Below are positions 1 through 10,900 of a stretch of DNA of 64,000 nucleotides, piece by piece. The DNA comes from an uncultured cyanobacterium (GTDB lineage: Bacteria; Cyanobacteriota; Cyanobacteriia; PCC-9006; JAAUQQ01), in contig OY970368.1 of the NCBI GenBank assembly GCA_963718615.1, positions 2,368,001 to 2,432,000 on the forward strand, written 5' to 3'. The notes under the pieces were generated by a model. That model saw only the letters and a program-made list of their open reading frames with translations. It was not told the origin of the DNA and made no database searches. How positions within the stretch are numbered: position 1 is the stretch's first letter; every line of letters begins with the position of its first letter. A program made the position numbers and the translations under genes.

Positions 1-324
1 GCTCTGAGCCCAAAGGGTGCGCAAGGATTGCTGGGCCGAGTGAAGAGACTCACGCGTATCGACAGCAGGCTGCTCCTTCTTATTGCGCGGATCACGAGCG
101 GAAAGAGACTCTTGTGCGTAAATCATAGGGCAGAATTCTCCGACAGATTTTGAGGAAAGGGGGATTTCTAGTGTGACGTGAAATCGTTACGGGGATCAAA
201 CAATCTAAAGTATTTCTCCATGTCTATTGGAAATTTTGTAAGTGTACAAGAACTTTTGTAGGAATTTTGCAATAAATTACAGATTCAACGCGTCCCTCAA
301 GCGAGAGAGTTCTGTCTGGTGCCT

Positions 325-1930
325 GGAGATAGCCCCTCCTTATCGCCACCGGACCGGCAGCCAGCCAGGTTTTTCCAAGAGCGTCGATGGGCTAGGCAAT
401 CAGATTATCGGCACGGCTTTTAATTGCTCCGGCGGGACAACGCCCTGGGGAACGGTCCTTTCAGCGGAAGAAAATTTTCAGGACACCGTCCAAGAAGCGG
501 TGAACCCCGATGGCACTCAAACCGCCTATGGGGAAGGTTTAAGTCAGGCGTTTGGCTTAGTGGGAGAAAAATACGGCTGGATGGTCGAGATTGACTTGGC
601 CAATCCCCAAGTGCGCGCGAAAAAGCACACGGCGCTGGGTCGCTTCCGCCACGAAAATATTGCGTTTCGGCTTCAGGCAGGCGAGCCCCTCGTCGCCTAT
701 ATGGGGGACGATCGCCGGGGGGGCCACACCTGGAAATTTGTCAGTAGCGGTTCATTACGCAGTCTCAAGGACCGCAGCAATAGCCGCCTGTTTGAGAATG
801 GCACGCTCTACGTGGCTCGGTTTAATTCCGACGGGACGGGGGAATGGTTGCCGCTCAAGCTTAGTACTAAAACCAACCCTAATCGGCCTTCGGCGATCGC
901 CGCCATCGAGATCGCGACCCTAGGAGAGGCCAAGCAAAATGGCCGGGTTCAATTGCCCAAGCGGGCGGGCATTGCTGGTGAAACCACCAGCGGTGGCTCC
1001 AAAATTGTTGACACAACGAACGAAGTCCAGGTTCTATCGGACTACGAAGGTAAATCCCTGGGAGACTTCTACGAAAGTCAGGGAGCCGTGCTTGTGGATG
1101 CATTCTTAGCCGCGAATTTGATCGGGGGCACGCCCTCCGCTCGTCCTGAGGATTTGGAAGTGGATGCGCGAACGGGACATGTTTATATTTCCTATACAGA
1201 TTACTTGGCGGGTAGCGATGGCTATCCCGATTCGCGGATTTTCCAGACGGCGAAACTGAGCGACAGCGTCACGGCGAAACAGCCCTATGGTGGCCTCTAC
1301 AAGCTTATGGAAAGCAGCGCTAATGGCACAGGCACGGATTTTACCTGGACCAAACTCAAGCAATCCGGCGAAGCGGGTGCCGAGAATGGAGCAGGATTTG
1401 CCAATGTGGATAATTTATGGCTCGATCGCCAGGGCGGGATTTGGGCTGTGACCGATATGTCCACCAGCCGCCACAATGGCTTTGGCACCGGCTCTCAGCC
1501 CAAGGCCAGAGAAATTAATCACCAGGCCAAGGGCAATCCCGATGGCCTCGTGGGGGTTTTTGGCAACAACTGGATGTTCCACATTCCCCTGAGCGGCCCC
1601 GATGCCGGGGAACTTCAGCCCTTTGCCTATGGGCCAGTGCGATGTGAGATGACGGGACCCACCTGGATTGGCGAGGGTCAGGCCGGAGCGACATTGGTTT
1701 TGTCTGTGCAACATCCTGGTGAAGATGTGCCCATCGGTGCAGGTCAAGCCCCGCTCAGCCGGGAAATTGAAATGCTGGATTTGACGGGGAAGGTCTTTAC
1801 CCAGCAGCGCACGGTGCCGTTGGGGAGCAATTGGCCAAGCAATCTGGGGTATCCGCTCCCCGATGGAACCGTGGATTTGCAGGGACCCCCTCGACCAGCG
1901 GTGATTGGGATTCGGCGCAAGTCGGTTTAA
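325..1930 (+). pseudogene. phoX: PhoX-family alkaline phosphatase (DUF839), 5'-truncated or frameshifted
   Basis: The ORF 242..1930 contains PhoX motifs NCSGGTTPWGTVLSAEENF, HTALGRFRHEN, RPEDLE, NVDNL, EMTGP and SVQHPGE. Its first ~40 aa are not PhoX-like. Another frame at 342-374 reads IATGPAASQVF, which is PhoX-like and implies single-base losses. No Tat leader or N-terminal domain is visible. Confidence 0.8.
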
Positions 1931-1944
1931 CTTTTCCCTATGGA

Positions 1945-2805
1945 TTAGCTCGTAGGCTCGGAGTTTTCCGTTTCGGATCGGGACTTGCCATTCTGGGCCT
2001 GGATTTGAGCCTGGGTTTGGGCCAGCATCTCGCTGATGCCTTCCACCCCAATCAAACTCGGCATGCCGTGGCCTGTATTTACCGTCGGCACAAACACCAT
2101 CGTAGATTTGCCTTCCATACACATTTCATACAGCATGTTCATCGAACGCAGTTGTAGTGATGTCGCTGATGTCGCATATTTTTCCGCTGCCTTGATCATC
2201 GAATTTGCTGCTAAGTCTTCGGCTTCGGCCAGCTTCAGTCGCGCCCGCTTTTCTCGCTCTGCTGCTGCTTCCCGCGAAATGGCATCCTCCAATTCCCGCG
2301 AAACGATCACGTCCTTAATCTCGACCGAAATAATCGTGACGCCCCACTGCATGACAAAATCAGAAATGTGTTCCCGAATCAAATCTCCAACCCTGTCTCG
2401 CTCGGACAATAGCTGATCCAAGTTGCTTTTGCCGACCATATCGCGAATCGCAGCTCGTGTCGCCATCTGGGTTGCGGCGTTGTAGTCATCTACATTCAAA
2501 ACCGCAAACTTGACGTTGCTGACCTTATAAAACACGATTGCGTCCACCTCCACCGGAATATTGTCCCGCGTCAGGCCTTTTTGTAGGGGAACAGTGTAGG
2601 TGACAATCCGCACATCAACCTTACGTTTAGGGCTTTGCAAGAGTGGAACGTAAAAATACAGCCCTGGCCCCACAACCCGAGTGAATCGACCCAGGGTAAA
2701 CAGAACCTTGCGATCCCATTCGTTACAAACGCCAAAGAATCGGAGCATGAATGTGCCCGCGATCAGAAGACCTATCATCCAAATCGAAAATTCCATGTTG
2801 TTCAC
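1945..2805 (-). CDS. SPFH/band-7 (stomatin/slipin) membrane protein
   Basis: N-terminal TM segment; motifs VVGPGLYF, LTRDNIPVEVDAIVFYKV, WGVTIISVEIKD and AAAEREKRAR. Confidence 0.92.
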   Translation of the reverse strand: MNNMEFSIWMIGLLIAGTFMLRFFGVCNEWDRKVLFTLGRFTRVVGPGLYFYVPLLQSPKRKVDVRIVTYTVPLQKGLTRDNIPVEVDAIVFYKVSNVKFAVLNVDDYNAATQMATRAAIRDMVGKSNLDQLLSERDRVGDLIREHISDFVMQWGVTIISVEIKDVIVSRELEDAISREAAAEREKRARLKLAEAEDLAANSMIKAAEKYATSATSLQLRSMNMLYEMCMEGKSTMVFVPTVNTGHGMPSLIGVEGISEMLAQTQAQIQAQNGKSRSETENSEPTS

Positions 2806-2986
2806 AACCGACTTTCGGGGTTATCTAGGGTGATGCCCGCAATTATTGAAAAGAATCAAGCCCCGAATATTCGAGTTCCTGATGTTCCAGTCCCCGCTGA
2901 ATAAACCGCGCTGTAATCTCAGGATGCCCCTTATTCACCTGATCGAGTCTGGCGTGATGAAACTCATGGCCACAAACAAGATCTCA

Positions 2987-3745
2987 TCAATACTCGTAGG
3001 GTTCCTTGGGTTTGGGAATGGGCGTGAGCTGGGTAGGGGCGATCGCCACTTGCCTGACGCCATTGAGCTCGACGACTTGTATTAAGCCCTCAACCTGATA
3101 CCAATCATCGGGTTTATACTGCTCACGACTGGTTTTGAGCGCCACCGGCAGACCAATGGGCGTGGCATCCAGGGCGCAGTGTTTAATCACAAAGCGGGTG
3201 ATATAGAAATAGGAATCGGGCAACGTCGGCGACTGAACGACAAAACCCATGACATTCACCTTTTGACCCGCATAGGCTTCTGGCTCTGGATAAACCGCGA
3301 GGGTGCGTGACCAGTCGCCAATGGTGCGTTCTTCGGGGCGAGAGGCCGTATTAAACGATTGCACCTGAATCTGGGAGGTGAGAGGCGCTTCCGCAAAGCC
3401 TTGCTGAATCGCCGCTTCGCTGCCCAGGGGATTGGGAGGAATGACCAGACCGAGAACGGCCACGCTCAACATCAGCCCATTGGCAAAGCTGGGGGGAAGG
3501 GTATTGAGGTGGCGAGCATTACTGCGGCCCCGACTGCGCAGTAAACTGACGATCCGCAGCCCCGCCAGACCCATGAGGATGCCGCCTGCTGTGAGCGCTG
3601 TCCAAAAATAGCGGGGATGGATCAGCAAGCCCAGCTCGCCACTAAACCAGTAATACACTAGCAAAATCCCCCAGGCGAGGATGGCCAGGGTATCGATAAA
3701 CGTCCAGAGCAGCCCAAGGCGGGGGGAGGGAGAAGATCGTCTCAT
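2987..3745 (-). CDS. TIGR03943/DUF1980 family putative permease subunit
   Basis: Three N-terminal TM segments with LLIHPRY; C-terminal YPEPEAYAGQKVNVMGFV and RFVIKHCALDATPIGLPV. Confidence 0.85.
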   Translation of the reverse strand: MRRSSPSPRLGLLWTFIDTLAILAWGILLVYYWFSGELGLLIHPRYFWTALTAGGILMGLAGLRIVSLLRSRGRSNARHLNTLPPSFANGLMLSVAVLGLVIPPNPLGSEAAIQQGFAEAPLTSQIQVQSFNTASRPEERTIGDWSRTLAVYPEPEAYAGQKVNVMGFVVQSPTLPDSYFYITRFVIKHCALDATPIGLPVALKTSREQYKPDDWYQVEGLIQVVELNGVRQVAIAPTQLTPIPKPKEPYEY

Positions 3746-3811
3746 GGGAATAACCTGAAGGACAATGATCTTAACGAATGACGGGACACTGTGGCCAGGG
3801 TTGCCCTCGAC

Positions 3812-5680
3812 CTAGCCTGCTCGATAGTGCTGCAACAACTCAGGCAAATAATCGACCCCATCCACCCCAATTAACCCCAACAGGGCTGACCGTCGTTGCT
3901 CTAGCATCTGGTTAAATCGCTCCTCCCCCAGTTTCCCTCGCAGCAAACTCACGACTGCTGCCGTTTGACGCCATTCGGGGGCTTTGCGTTGGTGGAGCAA
4001 ATACATCCCGAGACAACCGTGAAATACTGCTGATTCTTGATCTTTGAGCTGATAGTAGACCTCGGCCAAATAGGCATGACTCAAGCCATGGAGCAGTTCG
4101 TGACCGACATCATGGGCCATGACCACCGCTTCCGTTAAGGTTTCTTCCGCTGCGTGGTACCGTTCCAGAAGTAGGTAGGCCAAACCCAGGCCGTTGACAC
4201 AGAGGATTTGACCGATGCGATCGCTCACTTTCTCCGCCCGCTGGCGTCCCTGTTTGAGCCGCTCGACGGTCAGGGCCAACCGATCCACATCGACATATTC
4301 CGTTGCCTGGGCTGCTCGCACCTCGCTATAGCTAATACTCACCAAGGCTTGGGCCTCCCCCAGCAAGTCGCCCTGTTGCCGAGCCAAGATCAAGGCTCGC
4401 TGACTGTAGGCGATCGCCTGCTCATAGTTCTTCTGGCTCAAGCTGGCCCGACTAAGATGGTTCAAATTAGCAATTTCGCAGCGAAAATCCTGGGCTTCCT
4501 GGGCTAGGGCCAGCGCCTCCTGATGCAGCCGAACCCCCTTGGCTTGCTCCCCCATCCACCAACGGGAATAGGCAATCAGCGTCAAGATCCGTGCCTTCTC
4601 TTGGGTTTGTTCCAGGGCCTGCAAGGGCTGATCCAAATACTGCATCGTTTCCCGAAAGGCATCGCCGGAAACGGAAACCAGCACGCCCCCATAGAGCGGA
4701 AAGTTATCCCGTCGGGCAAAGGCCCGCAGAATTTGCAACGACACCTGAAAACAGGCTTTGGCCAACAAAGACCGCTCCTCTGGCAGCAGTTCCAGGGCCT
4801 CCCGAAACCCGGCGCTCAACTCGGCCCAGATCACCGCAAAGGTCAAAAATGTCATGGCCGCTAGGTTGCGGCCACCAGAAATACTGTAAGGTTGCTGGTC
4901 AAACCAAGCAATCAGACCATTTTGCATCCCCCGCATCAGGACCGCAAGTTCGACCCAGCTCACCAGATCGAGCTGCCGCTGGGACTGGGCCAGATCGAGC
5001 GCCGATTGATTCCCCGTTTGTCCGCCAAACAACTCTTTCGCCAGGGCACTGCGGGTTTGCTTCGCCCAATAGCCCCAGGGACTGACCCCTTTGCGGCTGG
5101 TTTCAAATCCAACGGCTCGCTGGGGCGCATCGTACATCCAGCCCACCAAATGGCCTTCGATCTCGCTAAAGGCCGTCAATCCCCGCTTCAGACCCAGGCC
5201 CAAAGGCTGGAGCCCCAAATCAGGATCCGTGGTTTCTAATTCAGCGGCGAGGAGCGCAATCAGTTTGCGATCGAACACGTAAGTTTGGTTCGGATCCAAA
5301 ATCTGAAAGAGCACCGAGAGTCGGTCTTCCGGAGCTGCGGTTTGGAGCTGGGCGATCGCCGCTGCACAGGCGCTCTGGGCCTGATTTTCCTGCTGCCAAC
5401 GCTCCCACGCCTCGCTGAGTACTTTAATCGCCCGAGACTGGCGCAGCGCCTTGGCCTGTTTTAATTCGTCTTTCTCACCTGCAAGGAGTTGCTCAATGGT
5501 TTCCCGTCGCGTCCAGAGGCAACGTTCAAAGATTTCTCCCGTACCTGGCTCCAGCTCCTGGGTTAGCAGTCGATAGACTTGCTCCTTGGAGCTAATTTGC
5601 CCCTTCAGGGTTTTCGTAATAATCGATTCTACAAACGCAGCATAGCGCTCCGGCCAGGAGGGAGAGTCCAAGACAGACAC
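3812..5680 (-). CDS. Tetratricopeptide repeat protein (conserved cyanobacterial type)
   Basis: 622-aa ORF with C-terminal TPRs (ANLNHLSR..YEQAIAYSQRALILARQQGD; LGLAYLLLERY). Confidence 0.8.
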   Translation of the reverse strand: MSVLDSPSWPERYAAFVESIITKTLKGQISSKEQVYRLLTQELEPGTGEIFERCLWTRRETIEQLLAGEKDELKQAKALRQSRAIKVLSEAWERWQQENQAQSACAAAIAQLQTAAPEDRLSVLFQILDPNQTYVFDRKLIALLAAELETTDPDLGLQPLGLGLKRGLTAFSEIEGHLVGWMYDAPQRAVGFETSRKGVSPWGYWAKQTRSALAKELFGGQTGNQSALDLAQSQRQLDLVSWVELAVLMRGMQNGLIAWFDQQPYSISGGRNLAAMTFLTFAVIWAELSAGFREALELLPEERSLLAKACFQVSLQILRAFARRDNFPLYGGVLVSVSGDAFRETMQYLDQPLQALEQTQEKARILTLIAYSRWWMGEQAKGVRLHQEALALAQEAQDFRCEIANLNHLSRASLSQKNYEQAIAYSQRALILARQQGDLLGEAQALVSISYSEVRAAQATEYVDVDRLALTVERLKQGRQRAEKVSDRIGQILCVNGLGLAYLLLERYHAAEETLTEAVVMAHDVGHELLHGLSHAYLAEVYYQLKDQESAVFHGCLGMYLLHQRKAPEWRQTAAVVSLLRGKLGEERFNQMLEQRRSALLGLIGVDGVDYLPELLQHYRAG

Positions 5681-5890
5681 AGCAACTCCTCTGAGTGAGA
5701 TAAAGGTCGCTCAAGTTAACAGACACTATAGCGTTCTTCGCGAAAATCCATTTACGAAAATTTACAAGTGCCCTTTATACTAAACTTGTGCTTCCCCCCC
5801 CCTTGCATTCCAAGACCTGGCCCCCCTGGCGCTGTGGGGAACCCAAGCGTTCAATCCAATTCTTTTTTCCCCATGATGTCATCAGGCTTC

Positions 5891-5921
5891 AACCGAACCG
5901 TTGCGAACGGCTCGGTTTTTT
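5891..5921 (+). terminator. Intrinsic-terminator-like hairpin in the sulP leader (candidate attenuator)
   Basis: AACCGAACCGTT-GCG-AACGGCTCGGTT stem (11 of 12 pairs) running into a T6 tract, ~42 nt before the sulP ATG and on the same strand. Confidence 0.6.
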
Positions 5922-5963
5922 GAGCAGGGAAATTGCATGTCCTGATAAAACTGGAAAATTCCT

Positions 5964-7466
5964 ATGATTCAACTTATTCCAAAAGATGTATTCAAGCCAG
6001 AGGCTTGGTTGGCCAATGTCCGGGGAGATTTGCTCTCGGGGGCGGTGGTGGCGCTGGCTTTGATTCCAGAGGCGATCGCCTTCTCCATCATTGCCGGGGT
6101 TGATCCCAAGGTCGGTCTCTACGCGTCGTTTTGTATTGCAATTGTCACCGCGTTTTTGGGCGGTCGTCCGGCGATGATTTCCGCCGCCACCGGAGCCATG
6201 GCGCTGGTCGTGACTCCCCTCGTCAAAAGTCATGGGCTCGATTATTTGCTAGCCACGACGATTTTGACCGGTATCTTCCAAATGGTCTGGGGATTTATTC
6301 GTCTTGGAAATCAAATGCGGTTTGTGCCCCGTGCCGTCATGGTGGGATTTGTGAATGCACTCGCGATTTTAATTTTTGGTGCCCAGCTCCCCCAGATTGA
6401 GGGAGCCAACGCTCGACTGCCGATTTATTTAATGGTGGCGGCAAGTTTGGTCATTATCTATGGACTACCCCGACTCACTAAACAGATTCCATCGCCGCTG
6501 GTGGCGATCGTTGGGGTAACCGCCGCCTCCCTCTGGTTCGGTATTGATGTCCCCACCGTCGGAGATATGGGCACTCTACCGGACTCACTTCCCCCGTTTT
6601 TGATTCCCCAAGTCCCGTTCACGTTTGAAACCTTGCAAATTATTGCACCCTATGCATTGGCGCTGTCCCTGGTGGGGCTCCTGGAGTCATTCCTCACCGC
6701 CAACGTCATTGATGACCTGACCGATACGCCGAGCGATAAAAACCAAGAAGCCAAGGGTCAAGGCATCGCCAATATCCTCACGGGCTTTTTGGGGGGCATG
6801 GCGGGATGCGCCATGATTGGCCAGTCGGTGATTAATGTCAGCTCCGGGGGCCGTACCAGACTATCGACCCTCAGCGCTGGCGTTTTGCTTCTGCTGTTCA
6901 TGCTGCTGTTTGGCGATTGGGTTTCGCAGATTCCCATGGCGGCGCTGGTGGCTGTGATGTTTATGGTTTCCTTCAGTACCTTTAGCTGGGCCTCGCTGCG
7001 CAATCTGCGGTTAATTCCCAAGAGCGAGACGGCGGTGATGGTCACAACGGTGCTGGCGACGATCTTGACCCATAATTTGGCGATCGGGGTGTTGTTGGGT
7101 GTAGCGCTGAGCGCGATTTTCTTCACCCGTAAAATTGCGGCGCTGGTCACCGTAGACTCGGTTTGGGATGAGGCGCTCCTCACTCGGACCTACACCGTTT
7201 CCGGGGATATTTTCTTTGTCTCAGTGGAGAGTTTTTTGGGTCGTTTTCAGTTTCGCGAGGTCTTGGAACGGGTGATTATTGACTTAACCCATGCCCATAT
7301 TTGGGATCAGTCGGCGGTGGATGCCATCGATAAGCTAGTGCTGCGCTTTCGCAAACGGGGAGTCGTGGTTGAGCTGCGGGGACTCAACGATGCCAGCGCC
7401 ACGCTGCTCGATCGCCTCGCCATCCACGATAAACCCGAGGCTCTAGGGCAGGTTCCAGGCCACTAA
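5964..7466 (+). CDS. sulP: SulP family inorganic anion transporter with STAS domain
   Basis: Motifs [29 protein letters not shown] and [12 protein letters not shown]; C-terminal STAS ([15 protein letters not shown]). Confidence 0.95.
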   Translation: MIQLIPKDVFKPEAWLANVRGDLLSGAVVALALIPEAIAFSIIAGVDPKVGLYASFCIAIVTAFLGGRPAMISAATGAMALVVTPLVKSHGLDYLLATTILTGIFQMVWGFIRLGNQMRFVPRAVMVGFVNALAILIFGAQLPQIEGANARLPIYLMVAASLVIIYGLPRLTKQIPSPLVAIVGVTAASLWFGIDVPTVGDMGTLPDSLPPFLIPQVPFTFETLQIIAPYALALSLVGLLESFLTANVIDDLTDTPSDKNQEAKGQGIANILTGFLGGMAGCAMIGQSVINVSSGGRTRLSTLSAGVLLLLFMLLFGDWVSQIPMAALVAVMFMVSFSTFSWASLRNLRLIPKSETAVMVTTVLATILTHNLAIGVLLGVALSAIFFTRKIAALVTVDSVWDEALLTRTYTVSGDIFFVSVESFLGRFQFREVLERVIIDLTHAHIWDQSAVDAIDKLVLRFRKRGVVVELRGLNDASATLLDRLAIHDKPEALGQVPGH

Positions 7467-7504
7467 AAACCAGACCACTAAGAACCAGACCACTAAGAAC
7501 CAGG
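7460..7504. repeat. 15-bp tandem repeat x3 spanning the sulP stop codon
   Basis: ccactaaaaaccaga / ccactaagaaccaga / ccactaagaaccagg. Confidence 0.9.
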
Positions 7505-7656
7505 TCTTTGAGACTCCAGGATTATGTCTTGACTGCTTTACAAAATCTTCATACATCTGAATCAAATGAATCAGTGCCTGCGGGGACGGAGGAGATTACA
7601 GAATGTGAAGGAAGACGGTTTTATTTTTATACGGTCTGGCTATTAGGACGGTGATG

Positions 7657-7687
7657 CAAGGGCTAGGGAATAGAACCCTAGCCCTTG
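7657..7687. repeat. Perfect 12-bp inverted repeat (hairpin; REP- or terminator-like)
   Basis: CAAGGGCTAGGG-aatagaa-CCCTAGCCCTTG. Confidence 0.7.
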
Positions 7688-7907
7688 TGAATTTCAAGTG
7701 TAAAGTTCCAGTACTTTTGGGTTCTTGTTCTGCGAATAAGATCGGTTTTCTGGGTTTTCAATTGAACATTTGGGCGATCGCTGACTTTGCCATTGAGCTA
7801 GATCTATTTTGAGTTTGAGTCCAATGACCCGTTAAAAACTTTGCGGATCGACCGGCGATTCTCAGCATGGCTTAGATGTGTAGGAGCTTCCCCATCTAAA
7901 ATTCGCT

Positions 7908-10900
7908 ATGTCGAACCACCCCCCTGGACATTACAACCGATCGACAACGCCGAGACTGCAATCCCAGGAGCCTGCGATCGCCTCTGCTTCAGACCGGGAA
8001 AGCAGCGTCCACGAAACCTTTTGGAGCGAACGTCTGGCAACCCTTCAGCCCATGGTATTTCCCTATGAGACCGGGTGCACCGATGTTCCGTCTTTCTCCC
8101 CAGCCCCCCTGGCAACCCTGTCCCTGCCCCTGAGCGACGCGGTGCAGCAGTTTTTGCAACGGCCACCCCATGCGGAAACTAGGATGCTCGCTGCCTATAC
8201 GGCCTATTTGGCTCGATTGAACCGAGAAACGGTGTTTGATCTGGGGTGGTTAGAGGCGGGCCAGATTTATCCGTTCCGCGTTGCCTTTGACTTGGAGCAA
8301 CCCTTTACGGTCTGGTGGCGAGAGGTTTGGATAGAGCTCCAGCGCCTCCGCACCCATCAGCGGGTGCGATCGCCCTTCCCGCAGTCCAACCCTTTCCCCC
8401 TCCAAATCGGCTGGGACTTCGATTCCATGGCTTCTTCTCCCATGGCTTCAGCGGCGGGACTGACGCTGTTAATGGCGGAACAAAGCTGGACCTACCGCTG
8501 GACCTATCCTCCCCAGGTCTTTTCCCCGGAAGCGGTGGAGCGGTTGCGGAGCGATTTTTTGCTCTTTCTAGACCACCTCGCAATCCAGCCCGATCGCCCC
8601 CTCAGCCAGATCCCCCTCCTCAGCGAAGCCCAAGCCCAAATCATCTTGCAGGATTGGAATGCGTCACCGAGTCCTGCCGGGGGCGATCGCTGCATTCAGG
8701 CTTTATTTGAAGAACAGGTTGAGCGAACACCGGAGGCGATCGCCCTCGTCTACGAGCAAGTCCAGATCAGCTATCGTCAGCTCAATGCCAGGGCCAATCA
8801 ACTGGCCCATCATCTCCTGGGTTTAGGGGTAGAGCCAGACCAATTTGTGGGGCTCTGTGTGGAGCGGTCTCCAGAGCTGATCATTGGCCTCCTCGGGATT
8901 CTCAAGGCTGGGGCAGCCTATTTGCCACTTGATCCGGGCTATCCCGCCGAGCGGCTGGCACTCATGATCGAAGACGCTCAGCCCCAGGTCATCGTCACCC
9001 AAGGCGCTGTGCAGGACCGTCTCCCCCAGGGCAAGGCTCAGTTGGTCAATCTCGCCGATCCTGATCCTCTCCCCCAGACGTCTTCAGACAACCCAACGGC
9101 CCCCGTTCAGCCTTGGCACTTGGCCTACATCATCTATACCTCCGGCTCAACGGGAAAACCCAAGGGTGTGATGATCGAGCACCGAGCCCTAGTGAACTTT
9201 GTGCAAGCTGCCCGTGAGCAATACGGGATTGGAGCCACGGACCGGGTGTTGCAGTTTGCCTCGGTAAGTTTTGACGCCGCAGCGGAGGAAATTTATCCCT
9301 GTCTGACGGTAGGGGGACGGCTGGTGTTGCGATCGCCCCACTGGATGGGATCCATACCCCAATTTTTACAACGCTGTCAGGACCAAAAAATCACAGTCCT
9401 GGATTTGCCTACGGCCTACTGGCATCTGATGGTGGCTGAGCTCAAGGCCGATCCAGGACTATGCCTGCCCCGTTCGTTGCGGCGGGTGATTATTGGCGGC
9501 GAGGCCGTGGATCCGGAGCGGGTTGTCCAGTGGCAGGACATTTTGCGCCGCACCCAGGTCACGGCGGACCTAGTCAATACCTATGGCCCAACGGAAGCAA
9601 CGGTGGTGGCGACCGCCTCTCACTTGCCTGCTCCCAGGGGCCAATCTTCCCGGAACGCTGCATCGGTAGAATCCCCAGGCCAGGGTACACCCCGAATGAC
9701 AATCGGTCGCCCGCTTCCAGGGGTCCGGGTTTATGTGCTGGACGATCGCCAACAGCCCGTCCCCTTGGGACTTGCCGGTGAGCTTTGTATTGGAGGAGGG
9801 GCGATCGCCCGAGGCTATCTCAACCGACCGGAGCTCACGGCCCAACGCTTTTTGCCCGATCCCTTTTTACCCGCTCCCTTTCTTCAATCCGCAACCTCTG
9901 GGGTAGACAATACAACCGCCCGACTGTATCGCACGGGGGATTTGGTTCGATATTTGCCCCATGGAGAGATCGATTTTCTGGGTCGAGTCGATAGCCAAGT
10001 CAAGTTACGGGGGTTTCGGATCGAGTTAGGCGGCATTGAAGCAAGGCTCAGCCAGGATGAAAGGGTGCAAGCGAGCATTGTCATTTTGCGGGAAGATCCC
10101 CCCAGGGAGCCCCAACTGGTCGCCTATGTTGTTCCCCATCCGACTCGGGCAGACGCTGGGGAATTTTCAACCCAGGCCCTACGGCAGCGTCTTCAGGCAA
10201 CGCTACCCGATTACATGGTGCCAGCGGCGATCGTCTGTTTGCCAGCGCTGCCCCTAACGCCCAATAACAAAATCGATCGGCGGGCTTTACCGGCTCCCAG
10301 CTTGGCGGATTTTCAGGCCGATGAAGACGAATTTATCCCGCCGTTGGGTGAGCTAGAAATCCAGCTCGCGGAGCTCTGGCAGTCCATCCTGGGATTACCC
10401 CAAGTTGGAGCCACGGATCACTTTTTTCAGCTCGGGGGAAATTCCCTTTTGGCGATCAAGCTCTTTGTCCAGATCGAACGGCGCTTGGGTCAGAGTTTGC
10501 AGCTTTCTGCGCTGCTCCAGGCTCCAACCCCCCGCAAGCTGGCCCAGCGCTTGAGCCAGACGGCGGGAGCCGAAGCCTCTGCGCCCGTGAAATCTGAGTT
10601 CACAACCGTGGTGCCCTTCCACCCCAAAGGCTCCCAGCCCCCTCTCTTTTTTATCAACTCCATCAGCTATGCCCGACGGCTTTCGTCACAGTTGGGAGAG
10701 GAGCAACCATTTTACTGTCTCAATCTGTTTGGAATCACGGATCTTTTGAGCAGCCATTTAACGGAGCTTTCCCTGGCAAACATTGCACAACGGTTCGTGC
10801 AGGATATCCAACGGGTCAATCCAACGGGTCCCTACTGGCTCTGTTCCTATTGCGGGGATACAAAATTAGCGATTGAAATCGGACATCAGCTCCAGGCCAA

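Noticed and set aside
1-330. Group II intron or excision element interrupting phoX
   Set aside because: I could not identify a domain V/VI structure, recombinase or terminal repeat.
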